From positions 1,568,001-1,632,000 of the forward strand of contig OZ244742.1 in NCBI GenBank assembly GCA_965219415.1: 64,000 nt of DNA, given 5' to 3'. This DNA is from Candidatus Marinacidobacterales bacterium (lineage in GTDB: Bacteria; Acidobacteriota; Vicinamibacteria; Marinacidobacterales; DATDRI01). This document shows, piece by piece, positions 10,942 to 20,469 of this stretch. The notes beneath the pieces were generated by a model. That model did not search any database, was not told the origin of the DNA, and saw only the letters and a program-made list of their open reading frames with translations. Positions within the stretch are counted from its first letter, which is position 1, and the number at the start of each line of letters is the position of its first letter. Both the position numbers and the translations under genes were made by a program.

Positions 10942-11903
10942 GCGCGGCACGACCCTCCCTCGGCATCCTTCTCCCCACTCGCGGACTTCTACTGCAAGAC
11001 GAGCGACCGCACAGCGCAGAGCTTGTCCTTTCCCTGGCAAAGACCGCCGAGGAAGCCGGTATCGATTCACTGTGGGTGGGTGACAGCCTGACGGCGAAAC
11101 CTCGCCTCGAGCCCCTAACTACCCTCGCAGCGGTTGCGGCCCGCACCACCCGCGTTGGTATCGGCACCTCGGTGCTCCTTGCGGCGCTGCGGCACCCGAT
11201 CACCTCGGCACACATCATCGGGACCTTGGATCTACTGTCCGGGGGACGATTGAAATTGGGAGCCGGCGTCGGAGGCGCGTTCGTCGACGCCCAGAAAAAA
11301 GAATGGCGAAATGTGGGGGTCGATTCCAAGGGACGCGCCGGTCGCCTGGAAGAATGGGTGCAGATTGTGAAACGGTTGACCCGCGGCGACACAGTGAGTT
11401 TCGAGGGCCGGCACTTTCAATTGGATGATGTGACGGTGCAGCCTCGTTCACCACAGGACGGCGGTGTACCCATTCTGCTAGCGACGCATTGGGCGACAGG
11501 AAACGCAAAACAGCAGCAGCGAGTGATTCGCTGGGCAGACGGCTACATCGGAATCAGCGACTCACCCTCCGACTTCGCCAAACTGAGCGAGCGTCTTCAC
11601 GAGCTGGCCAGCGAGAACGGCCGTGATTTCGACTCCATGGACTCCGTCTTCTATATGACCGTGAATCTCAACGACGATGAGCGGCGAGCCGAAGAAGAAG
11701 CCGACAGCTTCATCCGGCGTTACTACGGTCTCAACTTCTGGAAGGACAAGTGGGGACCTTTCGGCCATCCCGACAACGTGGCGCGAAAGATCCGGGAGTA
11801 CGCCGAGGCCGGTGCGAAAACGGTTGTCGTTCGCTTCGCGTCCCTAGAACAGGAGCACCAGCTCGACGTCTTTTTAGCACGGGTACTCCCGAGCGTACGC
11901 TGA
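10938..11903 (+). CDS. Luciferase-like (LLM) oxidoreductase, probably F420-dependent
   Basis: AEEAGIDSLWVGDS, EPLTTLAAVAARTTRVGIGTSVL, LDLLSGGRLKLGAGVG; overlaps the cofC stop. Confidence 0.85.
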   Translation: MSAARPSLGILLPTRGLLLQDERPHSAELVLSLAKTAEEAGIDSLWVGDSLTAKPRLEPLTTLAAVAARTTRVGIGTSVLLAALRHPITSAHIIGTLDLLSGGRLKLGAGVGGAFVDAQKKEWRNVGVDSKGRAGRLEEWVQIVKRLTRGDTVSFEGRHFQLDDVTVQPRSPQDGGVPILLATHWATGNAKQQQRVIRWADGYIGISDSPSDFAKLSERLHELASENGRDFDSMDSVFYMTVNLNDDERRAEEEADSFIRRYYGLNFWKDKWGPFGHPDNVARKIREYAEAGAKTVVVRFASLEQEHQLDVFLARVLPSVR

Positions 11904-13373
11904 ATACCGGCCTACTGAATGTAGCCGAGGGCTTTCAGCTGATCCAGCATCTCTTCGCGCCCCTCTGTTATCACCTCCTCGTCAACAGAAAGCGACGTAT
12001 CGATGTCGGCATAGCGAGGCGGATGGGTCGAAAGCCACGAGGCTTCGAAGATCTGAGGCAACAATTTTCCATCCATGTCCAGAGGGATGGGGGCGCCGAA
12101 CATATGAAGAAGGCTCGGGGCGATGTCTAGCACCGAGGCGCCCTGAAACACGACCCCCCTACGAATGGCTGGGCCAGATGCGATGAAGATGCCATAGGGT
12201 GCATGGTCTCCTGCCCCCGAAATAGGCTGCTCACCGTGGTCGGATAGGACGATCACGGTAGCGTTCCTTGGCAATATGTTCAGTAGCTGGCCGAACCAAT
12301 GATCCATCTGCACATACGTCTGATCTACGGCCGATCGAACGGACTCGCCACAACCTTCGCGAAGGGGCGCGCCGTGTCGCCAATGCAACGTCACGTGGCT
12401 GACCACGTCGATGCCCCGGAAGTAAACCGAGAAAAGGCCTCGCTCCATGGTCGGTAACAGCTCGCGCGCAATACGCAAATAGTACTCGTCCTGAAGCAGA
12501 ATCTTTTGGACGCCTGTCTTGTCTTTCAGAAGAGGCGGGTCACAGTCCGACAGGTGCAACCTCTCGAGGATAGATCCGATCTCCCGCGAGTCCGGCGTCA
12601 ATTCGGAGAGCTCCGCGGCGAGCTGGGGCGGCCAGGTTAGACCCGAGCTCCCCCGACGCTTATGCTTCATTCCCATTCGGGAGGACACGAGGAATCCGTT
12701 GACCTCTCGCGCCGGGAAAGTTCCCCAGTGCCCGACGATGCCCACACGATGTCCGATATCACCGAGCAGCGACCAGTAAGGCATCGCCCGCCAATGAGTA
12801 CTCTGGATCTCGGTTACTTTCCCGCGAGGCATGTAAAAGCCACGGCCGAGAGAAAAGCGCTGGTGAACGGGATCTAGGGAAAAAACTCTCACGCCGCGAC
12901 TATCGACGACTTTGACAGAAGCGAGCTCACAGGCGAGTTGGCGTCGATCGGCGGAGCTGCCGTGTTCAGCGGGCCGAATTTGCCTAGAGAAGACCAACAC
13001 CAGCTCGTTCCGAACCGGTCGCAGAGCCTCATCCGGGATCGAAATCGAAATGTCTTCCCATTTGACCGGGACCGAGATGGATTGCAACGGTGTTTGGTTC
13101 AAGAACAGCTGAACGGTCTGCTCACCGTTGGGCGCGAAGGAATGAAGCCGTAGTTGCAGCGTCAAGGGGCGCCGGCCAGTCAAGTCGGGGAGGGTCAGCG
13201 TGGCGCTGGCCGGGGTTTCTTCCGAACCCATCCAGACCTTAGAGGTACCCCGTACCGGCAAGACGAAATCACGTACCCCGTGTTTCTCCGGGACCTTGCC
13301 TGTGGCGATCGAGGTCCAGAGAATAGGAGAATGAAATCCCCGGCGAGTGTTCTCGTTCATGAGGCGCCGAGCA

Positions 13374-14747
13374 GAGCTCTTGTCAATAGGTGTGTAAAAA
13401 AGTTCAGGCAGCAGCAACCTTCGACGACTCCGTTACCCTGTCTCCATCTTCAAATCGAACGCCCAGGTGAACCTCTCGCATCAGCTCCGGTGCGTTGAGC
13501 CGGCGAAAATTCTTCTCCGCAACCAGAAGCAGTTTGAAGATTGTCGCAGTGGCGGACTCGATTTTCTTGAACCTTTTGGCCGCATCCGTTCTCAATCTCA
13601 GTGCAGCGAACGGTGATTCCACGACGTTGCTCGTGCGAAGGTGTTGCACAGTGAGGCTTGGGAAAGGAATAGAAGCTGACCATCCGCTCCCAGTCCTCGT
13701 CGAGCACGTGCGCGGCCCCCGGAAGACCCTTGCGCAAGCACCAATCCTGGAACTTTGGCCTTCTTCGTCTCGCACTCCTGCAGGCTGGTGGCGTAGGGGA
13801 TCGCCGTCAACAGCGGCTTGGCCTGCGCCTGGTCCCTTTTCGGAATCCGGTCCAGTACGTTGAGGATTCGGTGGTTCCAGCACCGCTGCTCCTCAGCTTC
13901 TGGAAATACGTTTCGGGTCGCGGCCCAGATGCCGAGATGACCGTCACCGATCACCAAACGGGGACATCTCAGACCGCGCTTCTTCAGTCTCCGTAGCAGC
14001 GACGACCATGACGCTTCGGATTCTCGATGCCCGGCCTCCAGCGTCAGGACGATTTTCGTCCCGTCGGACAGGCCACCAACCGCAACTAGCACCGCCGCCT
14101 TGTCCTTCTCAAGGCCGGCCTTCACGTACACGCCATCTACCCACAGGGACACGAGCTCGAGTTCGTCCAGTGGGCGAGCTAGCCACTGCTCGTACTCTCC
14201 CTGCCATTTCTGTTTCAGCCGCGACACCGTGCTGGGAGAAAGTGGAGCGTCCTCCCCTAGAAGCCCGCGGAGCGCCAAATCGAAATCTCCGTGAGCTAAT
14301 CCATGCAGGTACAGCTCCGGAATCAACTCGCTCACCGTTTCGCTCCGACGCTTGAACAGCGGAAGCACTCGACTTTCGAACCTCTCCTCCACGTCCCGTA
14401 CTCTCGGCCGGCGAACCGTCACCGTGCCCACGCTCATCGTCAGCTTCCGAGGCTTACCGTATCCATTTCGATAGCCCGCCGTTGTGTCCACGGGCTTCCG
14501 TCTCTCCGATTTCTCACGCCCGAGAAGCTCCGTGACTTCGGCTACCATCAGCTCCTGCACCCAATCCTGGATCTCGAGCCTCGCCCACTTCTCCAGCGAC
14601 TCCCAAGCCACCCTTGACGAGCTCCGTCGTCTTGTGGTCTTTTCCTTCATGGCGGTGTCTCCTTCCGTTGGCCCCTTCAGGCCGTGTTTCGTGACGCGGA
14701 AGGTTACTCCGCCTTTACTTTATTTCCACACCTTCTGAGGGTAGCTC
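13374..14747 (-). mobile_element. IS256-family insertion sequence (~1.37 kb)
   Basis: Imperfect terminal IRs GAGCTCTTGTCAATAGGTGTGTAAAAAAGT and (revcomp) GAGCTACCCTCAGAAGGTGTGGAAATAAAGT; CGAGCA at 13368-13373 and 14752-14757; encodes a mutator-type transposase. Confidence 0.88.
13404..14650 (-). pseudogene. IS256 (Mutator) DDE transposase with two frameshifts
   Basis: GYRNGYGKPR, LWVDGVYVK, LVIGDGHLGIW, QRCWNH, HLRTSNVVESPFAALRLRT spread over three frames; shifts near 13755 and 13648. Confidence 0.88.
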
Positions 14748-15006
14748 AGCTCGAGCAGGTAGTGACTGCAAGGGGCCGTAGATCCCGGAACGAATCAGCT
14801 TCTCGAACGAGGGCAAGCGGTCGGCCGAACGAAGCTCGTCGATGACACTTGGAGTCGCACCGTCGAGGCAGACCAGCAGCACGAAGGGCGACTCGTCGCC
14901 GGTCCCCCCGCATGCGGCCGCCAGCATCACGACGAACACCAGCGCGCGCACGGGGGTGAAGGTAGCATCCGGTATTCCTATATAATGAGGCCTGTTTCGA
15001 AATCTC

Positions 15007-15333
15007 ATGAGCAGCTCGTCCGATTCATTCGTCCTTCACGATCTTCGTGTGACGGTTGCGGAGATCCGAGGCCGGTCGGTTTGCGGCCTCAAGGTAGGAG
15101 ACTTTTTTGAAGTTCGCAACAGCAGCCAGGTGGTGATCCCACCAGATAGGCACTTCTGTATGTTCGCGCTGGCGGCGGTACTTCCGCTATTGCCCGCCAA
15201 GCAACGCGAGCTCCATGAGAACGACTGGTTGGCCGAAGACAGCTTGGTCGCCTGCCCGGACCCGGAAGAGCAGCTGATTATGAGGATCGAGCGCATCGCA
15301 CCGGTGACGCTTCGAAAAAGCGATTTGACTTAA
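15007..15333 (+). CDS. TIGR04076-family Cys-containing small protein
   Basis: DLRVTV..CGLKVGDFFEV..FCMFALAAVLPLLPAKQR..NDWL..VACPDP pattern. Confidence 0.75.
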   Translation: MSSSSDSFVLHDLRVTVAEIRGRSVCGLKVGDFFEVRNSSQVVIPPDRHFCMFALAAVLPLLPAKQRELHENDWLAEDSLVACPDPEEQLIMRIERIAPVTLRKSDLT

Positions 15334-15340
15334 GTCTTCT

Positions 15341-15595
15341 AGTGCGCGTGGGGCCCCACCGCCGCCTGGCTAGCTCCAGATTGGCAACAACCTATTCTGG
15401 CGGCAAGCGGGAACTGAGTGCCCGCCTGGCTAGCTCCGGTCAACTCAACCACGCAGTTTGGCGGCCGAGTGGGGCTTCGCGCGAGCTGAAGGCATCCACC
15501 AGTGGTCCGGGGCCCCACCCCCAGACCACGCGCTCCGTCGGCAGGCGACTCCGCGCTAGCTGAAGGCTCTCCGACCGGCGGGCCTACGGCCCGTT
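15341..15595. repeat. Composite REP-like palindromic intergenic repeat
   Basis: GTGGGGCCCCAC palindrome 15348-15359; CCGCCTGGCTAGCTCC at 15362 and 15422, each unit closing with TGGCGG; AGCTGAAGGC twice; hairpin GGCGGGCC-TAC-GGCCCGTT 15577-15595; related inverted copy at 21942-22006. Confidence 0.75.
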
Positions 15596-16589
15596 AGAAA
15601 GCCGGCAGCACTTCATCACCTAGCAGGCGAATCGCTTCGGCCTCGTTTTCCCCATGCGGCGTTCCGAATTCGAAGACGTCGACACCGGCGTCGAAGAGCT
15701 CTTCCATGCGCCGGACGATGTCAGCCGGAGTCCCGAAACAGCTGAAACGTCGAAGGGTATCGTCCGAAATGGCTCGCGCCGCTCCTTCGAAGTCCCCACT
15801 CAACATCCCTCGCTCCACGGCTTCGATCTCTTCGGGAAACGGCGAATAGATCGGATCCAACCTACCAATCGCAGAAACGTACGTCGCCACCCGGTGTCGT
15901 GCGATGTTTTCAGCCCGTTTGCGGTCTCGATCCACGACGGTCACCGCTCCGAAAATCATGCGCACCTCCGAAGTGTCACGCCCCGCCCGCTTGGTTCCGG
16001 CGTCGATATAACTGCGAAAAATCTTTGCCGCGTCCGGATTTACCGACCCGCCTATCTTGACCATGTCGGCGATCTGGCCCGCCAGCGCGGATGTCTTCTT
16101 ACCCCACGTACCGAGCAGAACGGGAACACGACGACCAGGGATCGGAAAACGCAGATGAGCCTCCGGCCCCAGTCGAAAGATCGAACCCTCATAGGGCTGG
16201 TGCTTGTGTTCGCCCGCCAACAGCGTCTGCACCGCCTCGACCATCTCGCGAATCGCGGTCAAGGGGCGTGGTTGGGGAACTCCGATGTGCTCGAAAAAGG
16301 CACCCTTCCCTACTCCCAGGTAGGCGCGGCCACCGCTGGCTTCATCGAGCAAGGCCAGGTTGGCGGCTATCGGAACCGGATGGTTCAGATACGGGTTCAC
16401 CACGCCCGGCCCGAGAAGCGAGTGTCGCGTGTTTTGAGCGAGTTGGAACAGCGCACCCCAAGGCGGCTGATACAGAAGATCGTCGTAGACCGAAATCGTC
16501 TCGAACCGATAGGACTCGACCAGCTTACCGAGCTCGACGTAATCGGCAAGCCTCTTATCGGCGAGAAAGGAAATCCCTAGCCGTCCCAT
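15594..16589 (-). CDS. Mer-like LLM oxidoreductase, probably F420-dependent
   Basis: LGPGVVNPYLNHPVPIAANLALLDEASGGRAYLGVG, FSCFGTPADI, GVDVFEFGTPHG resemble the methylene-H4MPT reductase subfamily. Confidence 0.8.
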   Translation of the reverse strand: MGRLGISFLADKRLADYVELGKLVESYRFETISVYDDLLYQPPWGALFQLAQNTRHSLLGPGVVNPYLNHPVPIAANLALLDEASGGRAYLGVGKGAFFEHIGVPQPRPLTAIREMVEAVQTLLAGEHKHQPYEGSIFRLGPEAHLRFPIPGRRVPVLLGTWGKKTSALAGQIADMVKIGGSVNPDAAKIFRSYIDAGTKRAGRDTSEVRMIFGAVTVVDRDRKRAENIARHRVATYVSAIGRLDPIYSPFPEEIEAVERGMLSGDFEGAARAISDDTLRRFSCFGTPADIVRRMEELFDAGVDVFEFGTPHGENEAEAIRLLGDEVLPAF

Positions 16590-16639
16590 TTATTCCCAAC
16601 CCCCCGAACCTTGCAATGCATTCGTGAACACGATTCAAG

Positions 16640-16711
16640 CTAAGTCGGCTTGAAGACCATGAAGTAGACGTTGATCAGAGGAAGGACCGTGGCGACCACA
16701 CCCCAAATCGT
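16640..16711 (-). pseudogene. Orphan C-terminal remnant of a membrane protein (DUF2269-like)
   Basis: Reads TIWGVVATVLPLINVYFMVFKPT* directly after the ccp stop, with no start; the MVxKP ending is typical of DUF2269. Confidence 0.5.
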
Positions 16712-17786
16712 CTACTGAGGAAATGCCGAGGGCGGAGTGTCTTGGTAGCCTTCGCCTTCGAGCGCCTCCATGAACGCCACCAAGGCGTCGATCTCTTTAC
16801 CCGTCAAATTGAGTGGCTCAATCTTCGGATCCAGATGAGGATTCGGACGACCGCCCTCGACGACCGCCCTCATCGTAAAGCTCGACGACCTCGCGAAGCG
16901 TTACCACCGATCCGTCGTGCATGTAAGGGGCGCGTTTCGTGACCTCTCGTACGGACGGCGTCTTGAAGGCACCCAGATCTTTGTCCTCTTTCGTCACCAC
17001 GTAGCGGCCTTCGTCGGCAAACGACTTGCTCTCCTGGTCCCAACCGACTCCCAGGTTGTGGAACGTGCTGTCGGTGAGGTTTTGCCCGAGATGACATTGG
17101 TTGCAACCGGCCTTTCCGAAGAAGAGCTCGTCACCCAGCTTGACGTCGTCCGAAACGGCGTCTTCCTGACGCGCAATTTTCCAGCGGTCCCAAGGAGAGT
17201 TCCCGCTCATCCGGGTTCTCTCGTAGTCGGCGATCGCCTTAGCGACGCGTTCCCCGGTGACCCCGGGACTCCCGAACGCTTCCTCGAAGTACCGGCCGTA
17301 GCCTTCGATCCCCGAGAGGGTTCCCAACATCCCGTCGATCGTATGACCCATCTCGATGGGATTCTCGACCGGCCCCAGAGCCTGTTCCTCGAGAGAGCCC
17401 GCTCGACCGTCCCAGAAGAAGTTGGGGTAGAGCGTCCAGGCTAGGTTGAACGCGGGAGGCGCTTTACGTCCACCCTTCTGCCCGTCAATGCCGGTCGATA
17501 CGGCCGTGGGCTCGGAGAATGCGTTTTCCGCGCGGTGGCAGGTAGCGCAGGAGATCGTGTTGTCTTTGGATAAACGAGTGTCATAGAAGAGCCATCGGCC
17601 GAGGCGAACGCGCTTCGGCGTGGGCGGCTCCTCGAGATCCGCGAAGGTCGCGTCGATTCCCAACGGTGGCTCGGGAATCGGTACCACTGGATTGGCGGCT
17701 TCCCACTCCGGGGTACGCTCGGCGCATCCTGCAACAAGTCCCAACGCTAGGATCAAAACTGGCGTAACACGCGTTAGTTGAATCAT
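16712..17786 (-). pseudogene. Di-heme cytochrome c peroxidase (CcpA/MauG family) lipoprotein, frameshifted near the 3' end
   Basis: CATCH and CNQCH heme motifs, FWDGRAGSLEEQA, FKTPSVR, PYMHDGS; the 13-bp tandem duplication GACGACCGCCCTC (16846-16871) displaces the native end NPHLDPKIEPLNLT..SAFPQ*. Confidence 0.85.
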
Positions 17787-18018
17787 CAGAAGCTTCCCGA
17801 ACAGTGCCGGCCACTCTGAGATTTCTTGCCGGCCCGACCTGGCGAGGCGGAAACCGTAGCACGGGCGTAGAAAAACTGTCAAACAATCGCGCCCACTCTT
17901 CATTCTCCACCAACGCGCGCCCCTTCCCCAAAACCAAGCGCACCAAGGGAGCCCTGTTCCGGCCTGGACTCACAGGGGGTTTGGTTGTAGAGTTCCGACC
18001 TTACCTGAGGAGGAAGTC

Positions 18019-19359
18019 ATGTTCCATCGCGTAACAGGAGAGGCTTTGATCGCTGGATTGTTGCTGGCCGGGCTCATCGGGTGTGAGCAAGCGGCCCCGC
18101 CGCCGGCTGGTGAAGCACCGCTTTCCGCAGCGTTTTTCGGCGCCACCATCATCGACGGGTCCGGCGCTGACCCGATCGAAAATGGAGTCCTCGTCGTACG
18201 CGACGGCAAGATCGAGGCCGTCGGACCTGCAGAGGCGATCGAGGTCCCGGCGGATGCCGAACGAATCGACGTATCCGGCAAAACCATCATCCCCGGAATC
18301 ATCGTCACGCATGGACATGTCGGTCAAACCAAGGGACTCGAGTCGGGTCCGGACAACTATACCGAGGCGAACGTGTTGAACCAGCTCGGCCGCTACGCGC
18401 GCTACGGCGTCACAACCGTAGTGAGTCTGGGTGGCGATCTCGAGCCCGGATTCCGCCTCCGCGATGCCCAAGAGACGTCTGAACTCGATCGGACAAGGCT
18501 CTACGTGGCTGGGTCAGCCCTCGCCGGACAGACTGCTGAAGAGGCGGTGGCAATGATCGACGAGAAGGCCGATGCGGGTGTGGACTTCATCAAGCTGCGA
18601 GTTGATGACAATCTCGGCACGATCGAAAAGGCATCACCGGAGTTCTACCAGGCCGCGATCCAGCGCGCCCACGAGCGAGGATTGAAGGTCACCTCGCACC
18701 TGTACTACTTGGAGGATGCAAAGGGTCTTCTCAACGCCGACGTGGATTTCGTGGCTCACAGCATACGCGACCAAGAGGTAGACGATGAGCTGATCGGTCT
18801 GATGAAAGAACGCAATGTCTGCCTCACACCCACTCTCACGCGGGAGATGGTGAGCTTCGTTTACGAGGACGTCCCAGAGTTTTTCGAGGACCCCTTCTTC
18901 TTGAAGGAAGCAGATCCCGAGATCCTCGAGCAGCTCAAAGCGCCCGAGCGGCAACAAAGCGTCCGCGACAGCAAGGCGGCTCAAACCTACAAGCAAGCAC
19001 TGGTCGTCGCGTCAAAGAACGTCAAAACCTTGGCCGACGGCGGAGTCACCGTGGCCTTCGGCACCGACAGTGGGCCGCCGTCTCGTTTCCAGGGGTACTT
19101 CGAACACTTGGAGATGGAGCTCATGGCCGAGGCAGGGCTTACTCCCATGCAAGTCTTGACCGCCGCAAGCGGCAACGCTGCCCGCTGCCTCGGACTCGAA
19201 GGTCTGGGCATGCTCGCGGCAGGAAACTGGGCCGACTTTGTGGTTCTCAACGCGGACCCCCTCGCCGACATCCAGAACACGAGGAGCATCGAGTCGGTCT
19301 GGATCGCCGGGAATGAGGTGCCGGCTCGTGCGAAGGAGGATAGCCCGGAGACGGAGTAG
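18019..19359 (+). CDS. Amidohydrolase-family lipoprotein
   Basis: Lipobox LIGC, DVSGKTIIPGIIVTHGH, AFGTDSG, GLTPMQVLTAASGNAA, ADFVVLNADPL; RBS GAGGAGG. Confidence 0.85.
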   Translation: MFHRVTGEALIAGLLLAGLIGCEQAAPPPAGEAPLSAAFFGATIIDGSGADPIENGVLVVRDGKIEAVGPAEAIEVPADAERIDVSGKTIIPGIIVTHGHVGQTKGLESGPDNYTEANVLNQLGRYARYGVTTVVSLGGDLEPGFRLRDAQETSELDRTRLYVAGSALAGQTAEEAVAMIDEKADAGVDFIKLRVDDNLGTIEKASPEFYQAAIQRAHERGLKVTSHLYYLEDAKGLLNADVDFVAHSIRDQEVDDELIGLMKERNVCLTPTLTREMVSFVYEDVPEFFEDPFFLKEADPEILEQLKAPERQQSVRDSKAAQTYKQALVVASKNVKTLADGGVTVAFGTDSGPPSRFQGYFEHLEMELMAEAGLTPMQVLTAASGNAARCLGLEGLGMLAAGNWADFVVLNADPLADIQNTRSIESVWIAGNEVPARAKEDSPETE

Positions 19360-19364
19360 CGGGA

Positions 19365-20043
19365 CTAGCGGAGTAGGGTTTCTTCGACGAGGGCTTCCGG
19401 CAGATTCATCGGATGGCCGAAGTAGGCGACGTTACCCTGACGATCGATCAAAACGCTTCGAGGGATGGCTCGTACCCCATACGATTGAACAACGTTCGAT
19501 TTGAAGTTTCCCTGGTCGAACAGGAATAGAGAACTATAGCCGCCATCGTCGATATAGCGCAGAACGTCTTTGCTCGGCCCCTCGATGTTGATACCGATGA
19601 CCTCGAGGCCTTGTCGCTGGAATCTCTGGTGGAGCTTCTCCACCGTGCATCGAAGAACGACAAGGACCACACCACGTGGCCCAAAAGTCGACGAGCACGG
19701 TCTTGCCATGGAACTCGGAAAGGGACACTCTACGTCCATGACGGTCCTCAAGGGTAAACGACGGAGCGGGCGAGCTAGTCACGATATCCCCGCTTGGCCT
19801 CGCAGGCGTGACCGCTGCGGCCTCGGGCGAGGAACCCTCTGAGGCGGCGCCTGCTGTAGGGGGCTCCGTCGCCGCGTGAGCGGCTGTGGTCTCGATGTCC
19901 TTATCGGTCAAGGTCAGGACTGAGGCTCCGCCGTTGTGTTTGCGGCGCTCCTTTTCCTTCTTCGCAACTTCGCCGAGCGATTGCCCGAGGACCAAAGTCG
20001 GAAGGAGCGACAAAAGGGACCCCGCGAGAACGCGTTTGAACAT
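19365..20043 (-). pseudogene. TlpA/ResA-family thiol:disulfide oxidoreductase, frameshifted at ~19647
   Basis: Signal peptide and [13 protein letters not shown]; [24 protein letters not shown] continues in a different frame. Confidence 0.85.
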
Positions 20044-20111
20044 TCAAGCTCCTATTTTCAGGGAACGCTTCGATCTTAACATGGCGTGGGAGGTCGTTCA
20101 ATAAAACCCGC

Positions 20112-20343
20112 GACCCATCGCGAGAGGGTCTTCTACTGACCGGACTTGACGGGATTCGGGGTCAACTGCGAAGGGCCGTGCTGGGTGACGCCTGTTACAG
20201 ACCGTCCCTCAAGGAGTTGCTGGACCGAGACCGCTCTCGGCCGCGACCACTCCTTCGTTGGGATGCGCAGGGTCGTCCAGCATGGCAGCATGGGTTGTAC
20301 CCGGCCAGCCAGATTGCTATGCTTAGACAGGCAAAGGCATAGC
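20112..20343 (+). ncRNA. Candidate structured non-coding RNA: GNRA hairpin, ~150-nt irregular hairpin and 3' hairpin
   Basis: Hand-paired: GACCC/GGGTC with GCGA loop (20112-20130); 20175-20195 with 20267-20286; 20203-20208/20260-20265; AAGGAGT/ACTCCTT; CCGAGA-CCGC-TCTCGG; outer 20157-20167/20293-20303; 20316-20324/20335-20343; several G-U pairs favour the + strand. Confidence 0.55.
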
Positions 20344-20469
20344 TCGCCTTTGACTTGAACGCCCGCCGCTTAGGCTCACGACACAACCGCAAAGCGACGA
20401 ACCACTGCGCGCGGGTTGGACTGCGCATTGCCGTACGCGTCCGGGCGTCATGAGGAAGGAGACATCGAA

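Larger units (their letters stand above)
11912..14951 (-). pseudogene. AlkP-superfamily (nucleotide pyrophosphatase/phosphodiesterase-like) lipoprotein interrupted by IS256
   Basis: 5' part 14951-14752 (lipobox LAAAC, LLVCLDGAT, GIYGPLQSL); 3' part SPILWTSIATGK, DVVSH, LSDHG, LDIAPSLL, LKALGYIQ; removing the IS gives in-frame LQSLPA-RRLMNEN. Confidence 0.85.

Noticed and set aside
15341-15595. Possible mini-CRISPR array
   Set aside because: Only two 16-bp repeats, no regular repeat-spacer series and no cas genes; a dispersed inverted copy fits a REP-like element better
20120-20460. tmRNA, SRP RNA, RNase P RNA or ZTP/purine riboswitch identity for the guaB leader
   Set aside because: No tRNA-like ends with CCA, no SRP CAGG..GGAA..AGCA domain, no GAGGAAAGTCC, no GACTGGCG pfl core and no purine-riboswitch core; 6S is not excluded but its usual zapA/ygfA context is absent
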